Shown here: positions 62,483 to 64,000 of the stretch, in pieces | Position numbering within the stretch: position 1 is the stretch's first letter | How the letters are laid out: each line of letters opens with the position of its first letter | DNA from: Laetmonice hystrix | Lineage: Eukaryota | Direction: 5' to 3' | DNA: 64,000 nt | Assembly (NCBI GenBank): GCA_965235115.1 | Contig: OZ249436.1 | Coordinates: 3,164,001-3,228,000 of the forward strand | Program-made: the position numbers and the translations under genes | Notes under the pieces: generated by a model | What the model was told of the DNA's origin: nothing | The model's input: only the letters and a program-made list of their open reading frames with translations | The model's database searches: none

Positions 62483-62615
62483 CATTCCTATTTGGTCAAT
62501 GGAAATGATGGAAGAAAAGTGAATGGATGCATGGAAATATATTCATAAAAAAAGAAAGATTGTTTTTGTAATAAGTCTTCCTTTCTACAGATTATGGTTG
62601 ATATTTCTTTGGCAG

Positions 62616-63851
62616 ATCCTCATGTGGTGGTTCAACACCAAGATCTCAGCATCCCACAACAGTGCCAACAACCACGGTAACCGAGGCAACCAGAACAGTA
62701 GCTCCTCATCCCAACACGCTGCCTCCAGTATGTGTGATGAAATCGTCACATTATGGAGACTGGCCGCATTAAATCCAGGATTGTCCCCAATCCAGCGAGA
62801 CGACTTGTGCACCCAGTTGAAAGACTGGCACATTAAAACAATAGACAAAGTACGGAAAGCCCGGGGTAATGTCTCGGCAGGAAATTCTGGTATAAAAAAG
62901 ACAGACATTGAAATCTTTACCGGTTTCAAGGCAGCCATAGAGGGGACACAGTTAGACTGGAAGGATTATCCCATTCCAGGGTTAACGTACATGGAGCGGG
63001 ATCGACCCCGCTGGAAGTTTTCATTTGGCAAGTCCCAGGAGGTAGACTGCCGGAGAGGGGGGAGGGGGAAATGCCATGCTATGTCAACTGTATCTGGGAG
63101 TACGGCTATACATAATGGTGTACAAAAACTAGGTTTGGAGGCAGCCTTGGCACACGCTCAGGCTCACCTTCATGCTCACAATGCTGCGTATGCCCACAAA
63201 CATCATCCTCCCTTACAAACAGGGCCGTCACAGGAATCTAACACGTCTGATCTAGAGCCGGGATCAGCTCAGACAGACGGAGCCTGTAGTTCCAGCTCCG
63301 AGGGATTCTGTGAGAATGAGAAGGATGGCTCACACCAACATGACTCGGACTCAGATCTCGGCGAGGGCAGTATGCACTGCCACAAACTCGCGCTTCCGCC
63401 ACCAGGTGGCGCAGTTGGTGGTGTCAAAAGTAAGAAAGATCACAGCCGTGCCGGGCCTTTACCTCCCGGCCCAGTGTCGGTGGCGCCATCTACCTCTAAA
63501 TCAGAGGAATCATGTGCATCCATGTCATCAACAAAGGGTGCCGGGAAGGTACGAGATCCTCTGCTTGACGCTGCAACTCTGAAAACAGACGACCAGGATT
63601 CAGACAGCTCCCTGCCTGGTACGTACCAGGCCAGCTCCAGTAAAGGCTCACCCAATCAGGCTGGAGCAGCGGCTGCTGCTGCGGGCCTAGCAAAGGGTGA
63701 TCAGTCGGAGTCCCAACAGTCCAGTGATGAGTACCAAGTATACTTCTATGATACCAAGGCTAAGGTTTCCGACTCAGGTGCAGATAAGAAGAAAAAATCT
63801 GATGAGCCAAACTATTTTGCTGGTATCAAGAAATTGGAAAACAAGCAAGAT
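62616..63851 (+). CDS. ZSWIM8: ZSWIM8 coding exon 9 (gene continues beyond the window)
   Basis: ILMWWFNTKISASH...HAASSMCDEIVTLWRLAALNPGLSPIQRDDLCTQLKDWHIK...; 1236 nt, ggcag| ... GAT|gtaaga. Confidence 0.9.
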
Positions 63852-64000
63852 GTAAGACTTTTAATATCTTTGTGTTCGTAGAAAATAAACCTTATTTGAT
63901 CATGTACAATACCTATTCAGAAGTTATTTTAAAAAGACACAGAAAGGGTTTAAAAATCTTATACATGTATATGCTAAGTTCTAAAATGATTTTCTTATTA

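Noticed and set aside
62523..62615. ATG at 62523 and alternative acceptor at 62590 for exon 9
   Set aside because: ZSWIM8 similarity starts at ILMWW (62616); the 62590 acceptor would shift the frame by 25 nt
22842..62615. U12-type introns in ZSWIM8 suggested by the neighbouring U11 gene
   Set aside because: All donors are U2-type (GTAAGT, GTCAGT, GTGAGT, GTATGT, GTTAGT, GTAAGG); none reads RTATCCTT

Overview
Eukaryotic (animal, probably marine invertebrate) genomic DNA. Genes: (1) a U11 minor-spliceosome snRNA gene (+, ~17361-17490) with a PSE-like element upstream; (2) the complete ribosomal protein gene RPS14 on the minus strand (non-coding exon 1 with TCT/5'TOP start, three coding exons, 151 aa); (3) head-to-head with it, the 5' part of ZSWIM8 (+, nine coding exons from 22658 to 63851, continuing beyond the window). 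The first 17 kb has no recognisable coding gene but holds nested non-autonomous DNA transposons with clear TIRs/TSDs and tiny hairpin insertions. The introns are packed with unrelated tandem arrays; two arrays start at ZSWIM8 splice donors and copy them. The most unusual object is a very young 2.5-kb LTR-type element in ZSWIM8 intron 7 (apparently identical 612-bp LTRs, PBS, PPT). Its single ORF shows no gag/pol motifs but carries six regularly spaced TQT-type (LC8-binding-like) motifs and a possible ubiquitin-like C-terminal domain. All calls were made by eye; no database searches were run.
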